Positions 48,358 through 59,815 of a stretch of DNA of 64,000 nt are shown piece after piece. A program made the position numbers and the translations under genes. The stretch comes from Raja brachyura. Its lineage: Eukaryota. How positions within the stretch are numbered: the stretch's first letter is position 1; each line of letters opens with the position of its first letter. Location of the stretch: the NCBI GenBank assembly GCA_963514005.1, contig OY740816.1, positions 18,352,001 through 18,416,000 of the forward strand, in the 5' to 3' direction. The notes under the pieces were generated by a model. The model was not told the origin of the DNA. It searched no databases and saw only the letters and a program-made list of their open reading frames with translations.

Positions 48358-51300
48358 TTAAACCATTTTATCTGAGATATCAGGCTCTGGTTGTGATGTT
48401 GTGTTATCACTGTGGATGAAAGGTCCGTCACTCTCTGAAGTTTGTTCAGAATCTACACCTGCAGTTGGAGTAGGCAGAACTATCAGTGGCTCCTCGCTTG
48501 GTTGAACCACTTCTCCTTGTTGGACGTCGGTGTGCTCATCCCCTTTTGGCAAGTATACTCTCATTTGATCTACATGACGACGAACGACTCTTCCCTCACT
48601 CAACTTTACATTGAACATGACTTCACTGATGACTTCTGCTATCATTCCGTAAAGCCGAGTAGGACCTGATGTGAAGTTCTTGACCATGACATGATCATTC
48701 ACCTCAAAGACTCGTTTCTTGCTTCCTCGTTCTGCTGCCTGTTTCATTGAAGCTTGCTTCCTTCGGACAGGTTTACTTAGATCGGGTTGCAGACTGTCAA
48801 GTTGAGTGCGGATCTTTCATCTGAACATTAGTTCACTGGGTGACTTTCCAGTCGTTTCATGAGGTGTGATTCGGTACGTCACCAAGAACTTCTGGATCTT
48901 TAGTTCCAGGTCTGATCCTTTTCCTTTCTTCACACCTGCTTTCATCGTTTGTACACCTCTTTCGGCTAGTCCGTTGCTGGACAGGTGTTTGGGCGACAAT
49001 TGAATGAGGCAGATGTTGCTGCTGCTGAGGAATCTGGCAAATTCTTCAGACACAAACTGTGTACCGTTATCTGTGACCACCGTTTCCGGCAACCCATGAG
49101 TTGCAAACAACCGTCTCAGGGCAATCACTGTTGCTGCTGCCGTTGCATGTCACACCCGAATGGCTTCAATCCATTTGCTGTGAGCATCGATCACAATCAG
49201 CAAATTCTTATCGTTGAGGCCATAGTCACAGTGAATCCTACTCCACGGTTTCTCAGGAAACTTCCATGGATGAATTTGGGTTGCAACAGGACTATGTTGA
49301 CTCTGCTGACAGCTTGGACAACTACTCACTTGTTGTTCCAACTCTTTGTTGATTCCTGGCTTCATTTGCCAGGGTGCGTGCTATAAAGTTCTTCAAGGAT
49401 TCTAGTCCTCATCCCCATATTATCTGGGATGACCACTCGTGGTCCCCACAGGATTATGTCATCCTCCACTGACAGCTCTTCTTTCTTGCTGGCAAAGGGC
49501 TTTACTTCTTCTGGAAGATTCCTTGCACTTGGCCACCCTTTCATGACGTGGTTCTTCACCTTTGACAAAATTCTGTCCTTTTTGGTGGCTCTCTTCACTT
49601 CCTGTGCATCAACAGGGCATGTGTCCAGATCGGTGAGCATGTTCATGCATGCCTCCGGTGCTTCATCAAGCTCCGCGAGTTCAGGGTGATATCATGAAGA
49701 ATCTTCTTCGTGGATCGGCAAGCGTGACAATGCGTCTGCATTCTGGTGTTTCTTGCCTTCTCGGACTATTTTGTAACTGTAGGCCGACAGGATTATATGC
49801 TATCTTGCTACACGGGCAGAAGCCATTGGGCTGGCAGGCTTGTGGTCTCCAAAGAGTCCATGAGAGGCTTGTGATCAGTCACAATGGTGAAAGACCTCCC
49901 ATGTAACTGCTTGTGGAACTTCTTCAGTCCGAAGATTATGGATAAACCCTCCTTTTCATATTGTGCGTAGTTCACTTCGCTGGGCTTGAGAGTGCGTGAG
50001 GCAAAAGCTATCGGACGTTCTTGTCCATCTGAATCCACATGGCTTATCACAGCACCTAAGCCATAGGGGCTTGCATCCGTTTGGAGCAGGATGGGTTTAG
50101 TTGGATCACAATGTGTCAGCACACATCACTCTGAAGAAGACGCTTGGATCTCTGGAATGCCTGCTCTTGTTCCTTTCCCCATTTGAACTTGGGATCAGGC
50201 TCGCTGCTTCTCCCACTCTTTGAATCTGCTGATCTATACTCATCCTTCAGCATTAGAGTCAATGGTGTAATCTCCTTTGACAGGTTGGGTATAAACTTCC
50301 TGTAATACCCAAGTAAGCCTAGGTATACCTGGAGTTGGCTTTGGTTCACAGGCAGCTTTGCTTCCCGCACCGCATCAACTTTATTTTGAAGAGGGCGAAG
50401 ACCATACTTGTTCAGTCCATGTCCGAGATAGTCGACTGACTCTTGCATCAGTGCACACTTCTCCTTCTTCAGACATAACCCACTGGTTTCTAGTCTTGAC
50501 AGGACCACTTCCAGGTTCCTGAGGTGCTCTTCGTCAGTCTTTTCGCTGATGATGATATCATCAAGATACGGCTTGCACATGGGAATATCTACTAGCAGGC
50601 TCTCCATTGCTCTCTGGAACATGGTTGGTGCACTGGATATCCCAAAGGGTAATCTAGTATACTCGAAGAGACCTTTGTGCGTATTGATTGTGGTGAACCT
50701 CCGAGCTTCAGGGTCTAACTCTATCTGATGATAGCCATGGGAAAGGTCTAATTTAGAGAACTTTTCTCCTCCTTCTAGTTCCTGCAGGAGATCCTCCAAG
50801 GTTGGAAGGGAATACTGTTCAACTTTCAGCACCTTATTTGCTGTGAGCTTGTAATTGCCGCATACTCTCATACTCCCATTCGGTTTTGGAACAGCTATGA
50901 TTGGGCATGTGAAAGCTGCTGTCTTCAATGGCTTGATAATGCTATCCTGCAGCAATTCATCCAATGCGGCATCAATCTGCTTTCTAGCACCATATGAAAC
51001 AGGAGCTGCCTTGTAAAACTTTGCTCCACTGTTTTCGTCTTGTGGATACACTTTGGCTTGGTATCCCTTCAGTACTCCATGGGTGCTGTTATCAAACAGT
51101 TTAGCGTGTTTGTTGAGTACTGTGTTCATGGCATCTTGCAAACTGTGTATACTACTCAGTGGACTTAGGCTTGGATCCGGCGTGTTCTGGCTGGCTAAAT
51201 TTAACAGCAATCCAGGGTACTTGCTCAACCAGTCTCTTCCCAATAGGCTTGCACCTTTCTTTACTACCACTGGGGTCAGCGTTTCTGGCCTCCTGTGAGG

Positions 51301-52340
51301 TTCGAGCTGTACCTGTACCGCTGCTTGTCCATAGATGTCAACCTTCTCGCCTGTGTAGGATTTCAGCTTGAGGCTACAGGGATCTGGTCTGGGGTCCTGA
51401 CCGAGTATTTTGAAGACTTCTGGTACGATAGTCCATGGACTTCCAGTGTCAACTTCTAGTTGTACCTCCCTGCCGTTCACTGTTAAAGTGGCTGTATACG
51501 GGTCAGAGTTCGTCAACTTGTTGATCGATTCATCTTCCAAGTGGTTCATGCTTCCTTCTGATGAATTCGAATCAGTCTCCTCCAAGTGATTTGCTTTTTT
51601 CCGGAATTGTCCCCTCCTCCGCTGGTCGCCTCTAACAGCATCACACTGGCTTTTGGTGTGACCCGTTCCCGAGCACTTGAAGCACCTACCATCTCGAAAT
51701 TGACACGTCGCTGGCTCATGGCTGCCGCCACATCTCCAGCACTTCTTGGAGTATTGGACCTTTTCTCTGGATGCCCTTTGTGGACTCTTTAGTCTTCTTT
51801 AGTCCAGCCGCCTTCCTTTGAAGCTGATGGACGGAGGTAGCATCATCTTGTTTAGCAACCTCCATCACTGTTGACTTTGTTCTCGAAGGTTAACTTTGGT
51901 GTACCCAACAGTTTTCGCTGGATGTTAACATCTGCACATCCTACCACCAATCTATCTCTTAGCATATTCTCCAGTTCCTTAAAATTACACCCATCACTTA
52001 ACTGTCGAAGCTTTGCTATGAACTGAGGGATTGTTTCATTTGCTTTTATGCATGTATAGAATCGATATCTTTGCACTATTTCTGTTGGTTTTGGCGAGAA
52101 ATAGCAATTAACGCCTCCGTACATTCCTTGTACGTTTTACTAGCGGGCTTAGCTGGCTGCAGCAATGCACGTTGGGTGCGATAACCCTTGCTTCCTAAAC
52201 CTGTAAGGAAAAATGCTCTTTGCTTCTCTTCTGAAGTGATATCCTTTGAAGTGAACCAAGCCTCTAAGATTTAGGTCCACTCCTCAAAAGTATAACCACA
52301 TTCTAACTGGGGGCACATTCCCAACGATTGGATTAGCCAT
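48358..52340 (-). pseudogene. Frameshifted gag-pol of the Gypsy element
   Basis: gag (QRYRFY..LRDRLVVGC), protease VDTGS, RT KLDLSHGYHQI..YLDD, RNaseH TDASPYGLGAV, integrase HPG..CPSC, HCDY, TDNGTQF, NGLAER; split across ORFs by stops and frameshifts. Confidence 0.93.
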
Positions 52341-52865
52341 GGTTACACTGTTGCTACTCAGTTACACAACGTGGCGTCCTCTTACACAATGTCCTCTTCA
52401 ATGAACTTAATTCCTTTACAAAATCACTGAGCAATTATCACATAAATTCACTACCAATAACTCTCTTATACTAATCGATTTATACTATACCAATATAATA
52501 TACTAATATAATAATTGATTTACACCAATATACTAATATTAATAATATACTAATATATTTCAAGCCATATACATGCAATGCACACATATATCCTCTAAAT
52601 TATTGTTCATCAAACAGTTTAACGTGTTTGTTGAGTACTGTGTTCGCTAAATTCGTAAAGTCCGGGTTTTGCTGCAATGAAATCACCAGTCGTCTTGACT
52701 GTAGCCCAAACTGTCTCAGGACTCCAGTGCCTCGGTGACATCTCGGCTGGCCTCACGGGCTGGCTTTGCTGGCTTCACGGGCTGGCTTTGATGGCTTCAC
52801 GGGCTGGCTTTGCTGGTAGCATCAGCTCACTTTCAGGCTATGCGACGTACAGCTGGCGACATGGT

Positions 52866-53246
52866 ATAGAAACATCAAAATTAGGTGCAGGAGTAGGCCA
52901 TTCGGCCCTTCGAGCCTGCACCGCCATTCAATATGATCATGGCTGATCATCCAACTCAGTATCCCGTACCTGCCTTCTCTCCATACCCTCTGATCCCCTT
53001 AGCCACAAGGGCCACATCTAACTCCCTCTTAAATATAGCCAATGAACTGGCCTCAACTGCCCTCTGTGGCAGAAAGTTCCAGAGACTCGCCACTCTTTGT
53101 GTGAAAAAAGTCTTTCTCATCTCGGTCTTAAAGGGTTTCTCCCTTATCCTTAAGCTGTGACCCCTTGACCTGGACTTCCCCAACATCGGGAACAATCTTC
53201 CTGCATCTAGCCTGTCCAACCCTTTAAGGACTTTGTAAGTTTCTAA
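52866..53246 (-). mobile_element. CR1/HER1 3' fragment nested in the Gypsy leader
   Basis: DRLDAGRLFPMLGKSRSRGHSLRI..; near-identical to 43060-43415. Confidence 0.9.
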
Positions 53247-53600
53247 ACTTTTTTTTTGGTAGACCTTCGGCTAGGTAAGTTGATCGCATCTGGGCCGCAC
53301 CGCTTACCGATGTTTCCTTATGTCATCACCGGTGCTGGTCTACTCTCGGAGACTCGGCTTCTCGTCGTCGGTGGTGGTTGCTTGACTTGGCCGTGGCTGC
53401 ACGGCACTGGAAACTCAATCGAAACCTGCTGTCAAGGTTACTTCGCTGAGCTGTTCTACCCCGCTACAGCACTGCTTGTTGCATGGCGATCATGCGTTGC
53501 AGTCCCACATTTTTCGCGCCAAAATACATAACTCGTCTTTAACTTCAGGTCCGATCGTGCGAAAAGCCTCAATTCAACCGCAATACTGTTCCTGTTAGCG

Positions 53601-53620
53601 GAATCCCATCCTCGTCACCA
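53601..53620 (-). other. Primer-binding site complementary to tRNA-Ser(GCT) 3' end
   Basis: Minus strand TGGTGACGAGGATGGGATTC, 3 nt inside the 5' LTR; matches the vertebrate Ser-GCT 3' end (..GAATCCCATCCTCGTCGCCA, from memory) with one mismatch. Confidence 0.85.
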
Positions 53621-53623
53621 AAT

Positions 53624-53783
53624 TGTTATGTATTGGTGCTGGAATCTGAGTGAAAATAAGACTCGGAACACACCAGTAATTTAACATGCTTGTTGTATTG
53701 AAATTGCCATCTTGAATCTTACTGCGCATGCGTACAATCGCGCAAGTCATTCAATTATACTATTCATATTCTCATACACAACA
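53624..53783 (-). repeat. 5' LTR of Gypsy element
   Basis: Same sequence as 48085-48244 with about 7 mismatches in 160 bp (counted by eye). Confidence 0.95.
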
Positions 53784-53814
53784 AAAAATCAAATAATGTA
53801 GCGGCGCCTTCTGG

Positions 53815-53875
53815 CGCACGCAGGTATCGAACCCGGCGTTCGGAAGTCGCGGTCACATGACTCGGGAAGGGCTGC
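53815..53875. promoter_or_regulatory. Small CpG-rich motif cluster: B-box-like GGTTCGATACC (minus), ETS CGGAAGT, E-box GTCACATGAC
   Basis: Motifs read directly in the sequence; function is inferred. Confidence 0.4.
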
Positions 53876-54299
53876 TCGTTTTTCACGCGGTTTCGCTTTC
53901 GCGCGGCAGTTGAGTGCTGACCACTGTTATGTCCAAGACGTGTTGTAAGAGGAACCTGTGAGCTAAGAAGCTATTTTGAGAATAAAATAAGTTGCAAAAC
54001 CTAGTAGTCGTTCTTGCGACCGCCAAAATATATTGAATCAACCTATTTTTCAAGCCCTTATCAATAGGGTTTTGCCCGGAAACGTTGCCGATTTCCTTCG
54101 CTGCATAGATGCTGCTGCACCCGCTGAGTTTCTCCAGCACTTTTGTCTACCTTTTATCAATAGACTTGTATGCTCTGCGTACTATAGCACGTAATAAATA
54201 ATGTAATGTTGGCCACTCCTCGACATATTTCGAAATAATATGTTATAACACCTTTTTAATAATAATATTTGTCGGCATTGAAAGGCAGCGTAGGATAGT

Positions 54300-54560
54300 T
54301 TTAACCCGCTGTCGCTGCTGCCGCCGCGTTATGTGCATGGACTCACTCAGGTCGAAGATGACGGGGCGAGCCGCTGCCGCCGCCATTTTGAACGCAACGG
54401 TCGCGGCGCGCGCCGCCATTCGAACCAAACGGCCGTTGGCCCCGAGGGCGTTGCCAATGGCAACGGCAACGGCTCGAGCGCGCCTTCGGTCACCCCCTCA
54501 CATCGGAGCCCGGCCGAGGAGCTCCGAGCGGACACACACACCCACACTCTCACACTAACT
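54300..54560 (-). promoter_or_regulatory. CpG island / probable promoter and first exon of the minus-strand gene
   Basis: High GC and CpG density; YY1-type CGCCATTTT at 54381-54389 and CGCCATT at 54414-54420; strong minus-strand donor A|gtgagt at 54347/54346; divergent from the tRNA. Confidence 0.7.
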
Positions 54561-54751
54561 TTAAAACAAAACAATGAAACTTTATCTAATAAGCGAAATG
54601 GAAGCTCGTTTACGATTCCGAACCTCCCGGAGTCAAAACATTTAGACGCCACCGTTGCAAGGCGATGAGAATCGACAGAAAATGATAGGCGATTATCGCA
54701 CGCTTCTGATGCAAGAATGAATAGACTATTTCCAGCTTGGATCCAACAGGT

Positions 54752-54836
54752 GGCTCCGTGGCGCAATGGATAGCGCATTGGACTTCTAGTGGATGAAGCG
54801 ATTCAAAGGTTCCGGGTTCGAGTCCCGGCGGAGTCG
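54752..54836 (+). tRNA. TRR-TCT: tRNA-Arg(TCT) with 12-nt intron (54789-54800)
   Basis: GGCTCCGTGGCGCAATGGATAGCGCATTGGACTTCTA|gtggatgaagcg|ATTCAAAGGTTCCGGGTTCGAGTCCCGGCGGAGTCG; A and B boxes, canonical 37/38 intron, TTTTT terminator at 54842-54846. Confidence 0.97.
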
Positions 54837-55557
54837 AGTTCTTTTTATCTCCAATAAATAGAATAGAATTAACTTTCGCAATAATTTATAAAGACTCAGA
54901 ATACTTATATACATTTTAGATGTATTAATGCAAAACCCGTGCTTTATGCCTGCTTTAGATTAGCCTAACCAAATGAGGGAATACATCTTTATAGAAGCAA
55001 GGTACTGCAGAAATCTTTATAATGTATTTTAGAATTATAATTATGAAATATTATTAACAAATATATATTAATTCATTTTTTTCTCGAGGTTTATATCCTG
55101 TTTTGATTAACCAATTGGGGTGAGGGGGTAAGGGGGGGGGACATAAATCTTTATTTTAATTATAATAATAAAAGATAAATCAAATATTTTAAAATATAAA
55201 TTTATTTTTGTCTTTTGAATCTGTATCCTGCTTTGATTAACTAGATTGGGGGAGTAATAAAAAAATAATTTTATAAATATTCTCCAAATAGGGGCTAAAT
55301 AATATAATTTGGATAATAAAGTTCAATTTTTTGTTGTTATTAGGAATTGTTGTAGGAAAGCAGTATCAAGTTGAAGTACATTTTGTAGATTTTAAAAGAA
55401 TAGCTTTTTTTTTCAAAATATGCATTAACAATATTCTAATCTGGTGATAAAACAAATAATTCCTTTGGAAAGATCAAAAATACTGAGGGAATTAAGGCAA
55501 ATTCAGCTTGAAATACTTAACAAAACCTGGCATCAAATCCAGAGGGAAACAAAATAA

Positions 55558-55790
55558 ATGAGTTTTCATCAATCTGAGAGAAAATTGCGTGAGTTTTCAT
55601 CCAAATCAATGTTAAATTGCGAGTTTAATCAGAATGGGGAAAAAAATAGAGTTTGCAATCAAAATGGGAGAAAACTGAATTTTAACGCGAGTACTTTGTG
55701 AGGTTTTTATCAGAATGAGAGTAAATTGTGAGAGTTTACATCAAAATGGGAGAACATTTTGTTTTTATGAAAATGAGAGAAAATTGTGGC
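55558..55790. repeat. Degenerate ~30-bp minisatellite (gagttttcatcaaaatgagagaaaattg-like)
   Basis: About 7 imperfect units read directly. Confidence 0.7.
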
Positions 55791-57384
55791 CACTGTATCT
55801 ATCAAGTCCACAGCTTTTAAGCTGCAGAGGAATGCAGGGGTGAAAAGGACTAAAGAAAAGATAGTGAAAGTTGGCACAGATGTGTGATGGTTCTTGATGT
55901 CCCAGAAGAGGATCTACCCTTGTAAAGCTATATTCCAACTGCAAATCTATCAGGATTACTAGGTACACTAAACTACATTCTGCACTCTGGTATTTTTCTC
56001 TTTGCATTATCTGTTGTGGTTGTGTATGGCAAGATTGTGTGTATTTATGATTTGATCTGATTTAATTGGATAGCATCCATTAAAAGGTTTTTATTTTACT
56101 TGTGTACATATGACAATAATAAACTAATACCAATAGCAAGGAGATGTAAAGAGAAATAGAAGAATCGTATCTAATCGTATTGTAGAACTTAGTGTTGGGC
56201 CAAGAAGACTGTAAGGTGCCTCAATGGAAGGCGGGGACACAAAGAACTGCAGATGTTGGTTTCTTGAGCAAAAGGACAATGTGCTGGAGAAAGAGTGGAT
56301 CAGGCAGTATTTATGAAGGGAATGGACAGGCAACATATCTGATTGGGACCCTTCTTCAGACTCCGGAGTCTAAAGAAGGGTCCTGACCCAAAACATCGCA
56401 TACCCATTCCCTCTACACATGCTGCCTGACTCATTGCATGCTCCCAGCACTTAGTACAAATAGATGAATCATGTAGCATCAAAGAGTCCCTTAAGCACAC
56501 AGAGTCTGTGCTGACATCATGACTTTGGTTCCTGGGAAACCAAGGTTAGGTGACCACTCTAAGCATCACCACCACCTGCTCAGTTTGCAAGTTCGGCTCT
56601 AAACTTCCAGTCATCACTTCAACTATCCATCCTATTATCACTCTGACTTGCTTGCTACAGAGAAAATGCAGATAAAGAAAGTGCATGGGTTGCAGCGAGG
56701 CTAATAGTCATTTAGCTTAACTCAGTGAGTTATAACTATTACCAGTTACATTTAAATGTTATTTGCCTGTAATTATGTGCGTAGGAGTTATACATAGTCT
56801 GAGGCGTGTTTGTGGCTGGGATTCTCACGCAGACTCCCTGGTAGTTAGTTTAGTTTGAAGAAGCATGGGGGAGAGGTCACAGCTATCGACCATGCACGAG
56901 TATGACCACGAGTAAGATTAAAATGCACTCATACAAGAAGAAGTTTGGATGAATATCTTGCTGTTTTTACTACTACAATAAATAAACTATTAATTAAGAG
57001 ACTATGTTTGGAAGATTTATCTTTCGATGGCATTGAATGTCTCGTGAGCGTATATCGATTATCTTCTGATCTCATGTCTTCAATTAAAGTGACTAAAGGA
57101 AAGAATCCTTGAAATGATATAAAAATCTGTCACTAAAGCGAGGTTGATTGGACAAGTGGGAATTTTTGGTCTCAGGAGTATGGATTTCATGGCATTATTT
57201 TGAAGCAGGTCGAGTTTTATAACTGGTGTTCTGGCCAACATTTATTCTCATTTAACATTGTCAAAAAAGAGCCTCTTGCTATTACCATGTTGCTGTTTGT
57301 GGGAAGTTGTTCCATACAAAAAGTACTTAAGAGGTTTATACTCAGCTTAAATTAACTTTAAAATATGATCGTGAAAGGTATTTT

Positions 57385-57940
57385 ATAGAACATAGGACAG
57401 GAACTGGCCCCTTAGCCCACAATGTCTGTGCCAAACATGATGCCAAGAACAATTCTTATCTACCTGCACATAATCCATATTCCTCCATTCCCCGCATATC
57501 CATGCGAAACTTCCTCCTGTACATCTCCTTTAATCTTTCCTCCTTTCACTTAAAGTTATGCCGTCTAGTCTTTGACATTTCCACCAAGAAAGAGGTTCTA
57601 ACTATCTACCCTATATATACAGTATATAAATCCCTTCATAATTTTATATATTTTTAATCAGATTTCCCCTCAGTCGCTGGCTTTCCAGAGAAAACTTCCA
57701 AGTTTGCTCCTTGTAGCTAATACCTCAGAATCTAGGCAGCTTTCTGGTAAAACTATTTTGCACCCGCTCCAAAGCCACATCCATCCTGTATTGGGGTGAC
57801 CCGAATTGCGTGGTATACTTCAAATGTAACCTAACAAGAGTATTATAGAGCTCAACATGACCTCCTGACTCTTATATCCAATGCCCAGACCAATAAAGGC
57901 AAGTATACCATCTGCCTTCTTTCCCAGTTTAGCTATGTGT
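57385..57940 (-). mobile_element. Older CR1 3' fragment
   Basis: Degenerate similarity to 38225-38925. Confidence 0.7.
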
Positions 57941-59104
57941 GTTGATTGCTTGTCATATTATTCAAAGTTATAGAATAAGTCATTGTGCTAATTTATCCCA
58001 CTACTCCTTCTAACCTTGTTGTAACCTTGTCATTCAGCCCTTGTCACTCAGGAAAGCAAAAAAATAAATTTAAGCTGCTTGTGTGTTCAAAATTAATTAC
58101 ATTTAATTGTCTTTTTTAATCATACCACCAGATGGAGCCACAGGCCTGTCTCAGAAGCGGGTAGTTTCTTCTGCATGACGATAAGGGTGAGTGATTCTTC
58201 AACATTCTTGCACAGTTTAAATAAGTTTCCAGTCAGTTTTATCTGACTGAGCACTGTTAAAAGAACATGGTCTGAAAACATTTAATTATTTATTAACTAA
58301 ATTCTGTATGGTGTCCAGATTGTTAATGATCAGTCCAGTCAAGGTCTTGTGTCTTCCATTGGAAGGCAAACCGTTGGTTCAGTAGGAAGTCCCTCTTGGA
58401 GAGGGTGGTGAAATTCCATCATTGTCTAACCAGGAGGATTACTAAATTAATCTTAGTGGCATTATCATCTCTTGTTCCAAAGTGTGTTGCCAATACTAGT
58501 TAAAAGAAGTCTGGCATTTACTTCACATTAACATGGGGTTCCATATCTCCACCTGTTGTTAGCTCTTCACACCATGTAACGTGGAATTGCTGACGTTTTA
58601 GACCGAGACCCTACTCCATGAGAGTGGTGAGGGAAGATAGGTGGTGTAAAGAGAAGAGGGGGAAAAGCCAATTAACCTATGAATCACAATGGGATGTGGG
58701 GGGAAAACAGAGCACCCAGAGGAACACCAGGAAGTTACAGGGAGAACATGCAAACTCCACACAACAGCACCCAAGGTCAGGATCGAGCCTGGGTCTCTGG
58801 TGCTGTGAGGCTACTGCGCTACCTGTTTTCTGTGCTAAAGGAAATAAACATGTGCCTACACTATTGCCAAAGTCAGGAGTGCCTTGTTAGAATCTTACTC
58901 CAGAGGTTTGATTATTTTTGCCATATTTGACACCTCTCTGTTATAGAAAGCAAATAAAACTGTGCTGTCTAAGACCACAGTGTTTGAATGTGATCTTAGG
59001 CTGGAGTGCTCGTATTGTTATAGATACTTCAGTGGCATGCCATTCATCTGCCATGTGCTTTTTGCTCGAAAAAGCCACTTCCTTCTCTTCAAAAAGCTCC
59101 AGGT

Positions 59105-59485
59105 GAATGATCGCTGGCTAGGTTGTAGTGCGACTCCCTGACGGCTACTATCATGGCCTAAACATCCGTCAGGCGGGAATTAAATGCTCGGAGAAGGAGA
59201 AAGAGGTGCAGCGCACAGGCCTTGAACCTGGTGAGACGCAGGAGGAGCCCGGCCGGGAGTCACCTCACAGAGCCCAGTCCCTCCATGCACTAGAGTCTCC
59301 CAACCCCTGCAGAGTAGTTATTAAGATGGCTGATCCGTGGGCGGTTGCTGCTGGGACGCGTCGGGGCCTGATCAACCCCGTCTGGGTCGCCTGGGTGAGG
59401 GTGTCTGATGCTGTGAGACCCGAAACACCCGATGACCCCAGATCACATCACTGAGGATGCGTCCCAGCTCATCTAGAAGATGTAT
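59105..59485 (+). mobile_element. Internally deleted HERO/NeSL-like (RLE-clade) non-LTR element
   Basis: ORF GLNIRQAGIKCSEKEKEVQRTGLEPGETQEEPGRESPHRAQSLH (N-terminal-like) fused to IK..DPW and a 3' UTR gggtgagggtgtctgatg..ccgaaacacc..catcactga; recognised from memory. Confidence 0.55.
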
Positions 59486-59524
59486 AGTTTTCACATTGAG
59501 GTCAGGTGAGGAAGGTGAAGAAAG

Positions 59525-59815
59525 TTTCAGTTTAGTTTAGAGATACAGCATGGAAACCCATTCACACTAGTTCTAGTTCTATATTATCCCACTTTTGCAT
59601 CCAACTCCTACATCCTAGGGGCAATTTACGGAGGCCAATTAACGGCCAAACCTGAAAGTCTTCGAGGTATGGGAAGAAACTGGAGCACCCGGAGTAAACC
59701 TATGTGGCCACAGGGAAATTGTGAAAACTCCACACAGACAGCACCCAAGGTCAGAATTGAACATGGGTCCCTGGTGCTGTGAGGCAGCAGCTCTACCAGC
59801 TCGGTCATCATGCCT
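59525..59815 (-). mobile_element. HE1-type SINE
   Basis: Reverse complement of the same family. Confidence 0.8.

Larger units (their letters stand above)
48085..53783 (-). mobile_element. Full-length decayed Ty3/Gypsy LTR retrotransposon (~5.7 kb including a nested CR1)
   Basis: Two 160-bp TG..CA LTRs, PBS, PPT, and gag-PR-RT-RNaseH-IN domain order; imperfect flanks aataa/aaaaa. Confidence 0.95.

Noticed and set aside
53800-53935. Vault-RNA-like or tRNA-like Pol III gene on the minus strand
   Set aside because: A B-box-like motif is present, but I could not build a convincing A box, terminal stem or cloverleaf.
54331-54778. Ala/Arg-rich ORFs of 75-143 aa
   Set aside because: Expected by chance in a GC-rich CpG island; one overlaps the tRNA gene.
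52749-55790. Short tandem arrays as CRISPR-like arrays
   Set aside because: Eukaryotic context, no unique spacers, no cas genes.
56640-57035. Possible solo LTR
   Set aside because: Contains AATAAA, but I could not define termini or a TSD.
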